64,000 nucleotides of DNA, taken from positions 10,192 through 74,191 of the forward strand of contig CAZSXP010000002.1 in NCBI GenBank assembly GCA_964610395.1. The letters are read 5' to 3'. Shown piece after piece: positions 61,166-64,000 of the stretch. Source of the DNA: an uncultured Gammaproteobacteria bacterium (lineage in GTDB: Bacteria; Patescibacteriota; Microgenomatia; UBA8517). Position numbers and translations under genes: made by a program. Below the pieces are notes generated by a model that had not been told where the DNA came from, did not search any database, and saw only the letters and a program-made list of their open reading frames with translations. Position 1 is the first letter of the stretch; every line of letters starts with the position of its first letter.

Positions 61166-61552
61166 TTAAAATGAACCGACTAAAAATATTATTTTATAAG
61201 TTGCAACAATACTTAAAATTGCTACTGAAATAGAAGCAAAAGCGAGAGTTTTTTTAAGGTAAACACTGTTTGAAACAACTGATAAAACTGCATTAATAAT
61301 TGTAACTAAAATAGATATTAATGCTGGTAAAATAATATAAATTGATTTAGCAAGTTGATCTTCATTTTTAGGAAGCCCGTAATATAAAGGTATCTCTGGG
61401 GGTAGGACAAACTTGGCGAAAAGTCCTGACAAAACTAAAACACAATTTACTATTAGAGAAATTATAAAAAGATGTCTTAATGGTAATTTTTCAAAACGTG
61501 GGTCAATTTTGATTAAAGGAACTTTTTGTAATTTAATATGAAATTTATTCAC
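61166..61552 (-). CDS. DUF1648-like membrane protein
   Basis: LPPEIPLYY..P....QLA, 3 TMs. Confidence 0.7.
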   Translation of the reverse strand: MNKFHIKLQKVPLIKIDPRFEKLPLRHLFIISLIVNCVLVLSGLFAKFVLPPEIPLYYGLPKNEDQLAKSIYIILPALISILVTIINAVLSVVSNSVYLKKTLAFASISVAILSIVATYKIIFLVGSF

Positions 61553-63032
61553 CTTGATTTATATAAAGCCATATTTGACCTGTGCCAATTTCAGAGATTA
61601 TATAATAATTTTCGTTTACAAAAGTATTAAGCTCAGGGAAGGGAAAAGAATTTGAGGTGATAACTATAAATTTTGGCATTGTTTTAGTTAGCGCATCAAT
61701 TGTATCTTTCTTATTTGAGAAGTCTACAAAGTGGTAGTCAGCAACATACTTTATAGGTGGAAGCCTTCTTGATAAAGAGTAAATTGCAGATGAATCATTG
61801 CTCCAAACAAACACTCTGTCATTTTTTGTAGAGGATTTAGCAAGAAAATCAGCAATTTCATAATTTGATGTAATATAGGGGGAAAAACTATTAAAATATT
61901 CTTGTTTTGTTATTTGTTTAGTGGCAAATTTAATAAATCTTGTATAATAGGAGGCTGTTGGGTAATACCAAAATTTGTAATAGAAAGGAACAAAAAACGC
62001 GATTGTTAATGGAATTACAGTCAAACTTTGTTCTACTGTTTTTAAACTAAACAACATCCCCAAAAGTATTGATAAAGGAGCTAGAGACTGAACAAAATAA
62101 TGAGGGTAAGGACGTTCGGATAAGGTGACAGCGAAAAGCGTAGCTAGTAGCCAAGCTGAAACAAAAACAAATTCTTTTGAAAGTTTTTTTCTTGATAGAA
62201 ATAATCCAATAAACCCTAGAAACATAACAGCAGCCCTAATTAGTAAAGGACTATTTTTTTGCACAAATGATAATTCTACAGTACTTGGTCTCCAACTACT
62301 AACATAGCCAAAGTTTTGTAAGAAAGCTGCAACTAAATATTCTTTAAAACTGCCTGCAAAATAATACCAAACAAAGGTTATTCCAATTGGGATAATAAAC
62401 CCTAATGATAATAGAAATGATTTTTTAATAAATTTAACAATAGTTATACGCTTTAAATAAATCATCCAGAAGGCAATTATTCCTAAAATATCAAACGCTG
62501 CTGGAATTTTGAAAAGGGCTGCAATTGAAATCAAACAACCAGAAATTAACAGATTTTTAAAATTCCTCTTTTTTGATAATAAAATTAGAAAAGCTAAAAT
62601 CACAGGGCCAATCATAAACAACTCAGCATTTACTGTATTGCCTTCAAAAAGTGGAATTGTGGTTAATATTCCAAAAATAATAGTAGATATGTTTTGAAGC
62701 TTTATTTGTTTTGGAAAGAGATGCTTAACTAATTTCCAAAAAATATAAACTGTAGCTAAACTCCAAAAAGCCAAAATTACCTTAAATACAAACAAATTAT
62801 CAGAAATAGCAGCGGTTAAATAAAGTAGGGGTGGTTTATTATCATGTAATCCTAAATAAAGAGGAATTCCTTGTCTTACACCTTGGCCAAGAGCTAAGTA
62901 AATCATTTCATCACCATAATAATATGGCTCAAAAAATGAAGGAATTCTTAATATTAGAAGTATTGCAAAGAAAATCTCAAGCCAAAGGGGAGTATCAATG
63001 ATAGTTATTAATTTGTTATATAATTTTTTCAT
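61545..63032 (-). CDS. GT-C (PMT/ArnT-like) membrane glycosyltransferase
   Basis: YGDEMIY, LY....DNKPPLLY, NAELF, polytopic. Confidence 0.85.
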   Translation of the reverse strand: MKKLYNKLITIIDTPLWLEIFFAILLILRIPSFFEPYYYGDEMIYLALGQGVRQGIPLYLGLHDNKPPLLYLTAAISDNLFVFKVILAFWSLATVYIFWKLVKHLFPKQIKLQNISTIIFGILTTIPLFEGNTVNAELFMIGPVILAFLILLSKKRNFKNLLISGCLISIAALFKIPAAFDILGIIAFWMIYLKRITIVKFIKKSFLLSLGFIIPIGITFVWYYFAGSFKEYLVAAFLQNFGYVSSWRPSTVELSFVQKNSPLLIRAAVMFLGFIGLFLSRKKLSKEFVFVSAWLLATLFAVTLSERPYPHYFVQSLAPLSILLGMLFSLKTVEQSLTVIPLTIAFFVPFYYKFWYYPTASYYTRFIKFATKQITKQEYFNSFSPYITSNYEIADFLAKSSTKNDRVFVWSNDSSAIYSLSRRLPPIKYVADYHFVDFSNKKDTIDALTKTMPKFIVITSNSFPFPELNTFVNENYYIISEIGTGQIWLYINQGE

Positions 63033-63055
63033 TCCATATTAATAATAACACAAAG

Positions 63056-64000
63056 TTATATCTTTTCAGTTACTTTATACTCAATATATTTCCCAAGCAT
63101 AAGTCTTGTGTGGGCATCAAGACCGGGGAGAGCTGAAAAGAAAAATCCTGCAACAGGCATTAAAATAAATTCAAAAGGCATTAATATTGATCTCCACACT
63201 GAAAGTCCAACAGGCCTTTTTGGTTTGTACACATTATCTATAAAAAACAAAACGAAAAAGAAACCAAGAGAAATAGTTAAAATAATAGATGATAATTTTG
63301 GAACCATAAAACCAAGTGCTGTTCTGCCAAAAGCAGGATTAATAAGTGTTGGTAAGGTCAATCCAATTGTAATAATAAACCAATTAACCGGCCACATAAA
63401 ATGTGCCCAAATAACATGCATTAGCCTTGTTGTTTTATCCCAAAAAGGAATATCTCTATCAATTAAATAATTTCTAATTATCCATGAATCATCAGATGTT
63501 CCCCATGCCCATCTTTTATATTGTTCATATTGGTTTTTCATTGTTTTCCAATGTGTTGTCGATTGCGCAGCATCAGCATGAAGAGGTAAGTATATTGGTT
63601 CAACCTCAAGCCCTCCTTTGACTTTATAATAGGCTTTAAAAAATATACCCCAATCCTCTGGAATTTTGTCTGCATCCCAGTAACCAACTTCGTCTAATAA
63701 TTTGAAAGAAAGAGAATAATTCTGAGCATTAATAAGTCTATCCTTACGCGGTAATTGAGATAAATTCCAGATAGATCCAAAAGTGTTTGGAACTCTTGTT
63801 ATTGCGGGCAGTTTCCAAATATTGTTGTAAAACATTACTGCAGGTTGCCAAAAATGTCTATATCTTGTTGGGCAGTCTAAAAATTTAAAAGAAAGACAAG
63901 CAAAATGGTTTGGGTGATATTTATGATCTGCATCACAACTTGTAACTGTCAGATAATTTATGTCTAACTTCCCTTTGCCTACATAATTTTTTTTAAACCA
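63056..64000 (-). CDS. family 2 glycosyltransferase (5' part outside window)
   Basis: TSCDAD, IPED, QYKRWAWG; frame open to the window edge. Confidence 0.85.
   Translation of the reverse strand, partial: WFKKNYVGKGKLDINYLTVTSCDADHKYHPNHFACLSFKFLDCPTRYRHFWQPAVMFYNNIWKLPAITRVPNTFGSIWNLSQLPRKDRLINAQNYSLSFKLLDEVGYWDADKIPEDWGIFFKAYYKVKGGLEVEPIYLPLHADAAQSTTHWKTMKNQYEQYKRWAWGTSDDSWIIRNYLIDRDIPFWDKTTRLMHVIWAHFMWPVNWFIITIGLTLPTLINPAFGRTALGFMVPKLSSIILTISLGFFFVLFFIDNVYKPKRPVGLSVWRSILMPFEFILMPVAGFFFSALPGLDAHTRLMLGKYIEYKVTEKI

Overview
Low-GC, gene-dense bacterial chromosome segment that looks like a Patescibacteria/CPR genome of the Microgenomates type. This is inferred from gene content and organisation, not from a database match. 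It spans the replication origin (dnaN-oriC-dnaA-rpmH-rnpA-yidD-yidC-jag). Left of the origin are: two tRNA-Ser genes plus a tRNA minihelix remnant; comF; smpB-ssrA with a ~5 kb serine-recombinase island inserted in the tmRNA 3' end; and a CPR-type T4SS locus (8 tandem VirB2/TrbC-like pilins, VirB6-, PrgI- and VirB4-like genes). The T4SS locus is interrupted by comM-yraN-dprA and by a cluster of toxin-antitoxin cassettes. Right of the origin are housekeeping and envelope genes (rnhA, rplY, valS, tsaD, a tsaC-tsaE fusion, groESL, tRNA-Cys, glycosyltransferases) and a free-standing LAGLIDADG gene. The best novelty candidate is a pair of solitary PemK/MazF-fold genes, each overlapped at its stop codon by a convergent, promoter-bearing ~50-nt two-hairpin RNA motif with covariation (3 copies in the window), which suggests an RNA-antitoxin system. 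Also notable: the integrase C-terminus swaps on integration, the smpB stop codon lies inside tmRNA, unrelated cassettes share a promoter/start-codon repeat, and tiny in-frame palindromic inserts sit in heptamer repeats.
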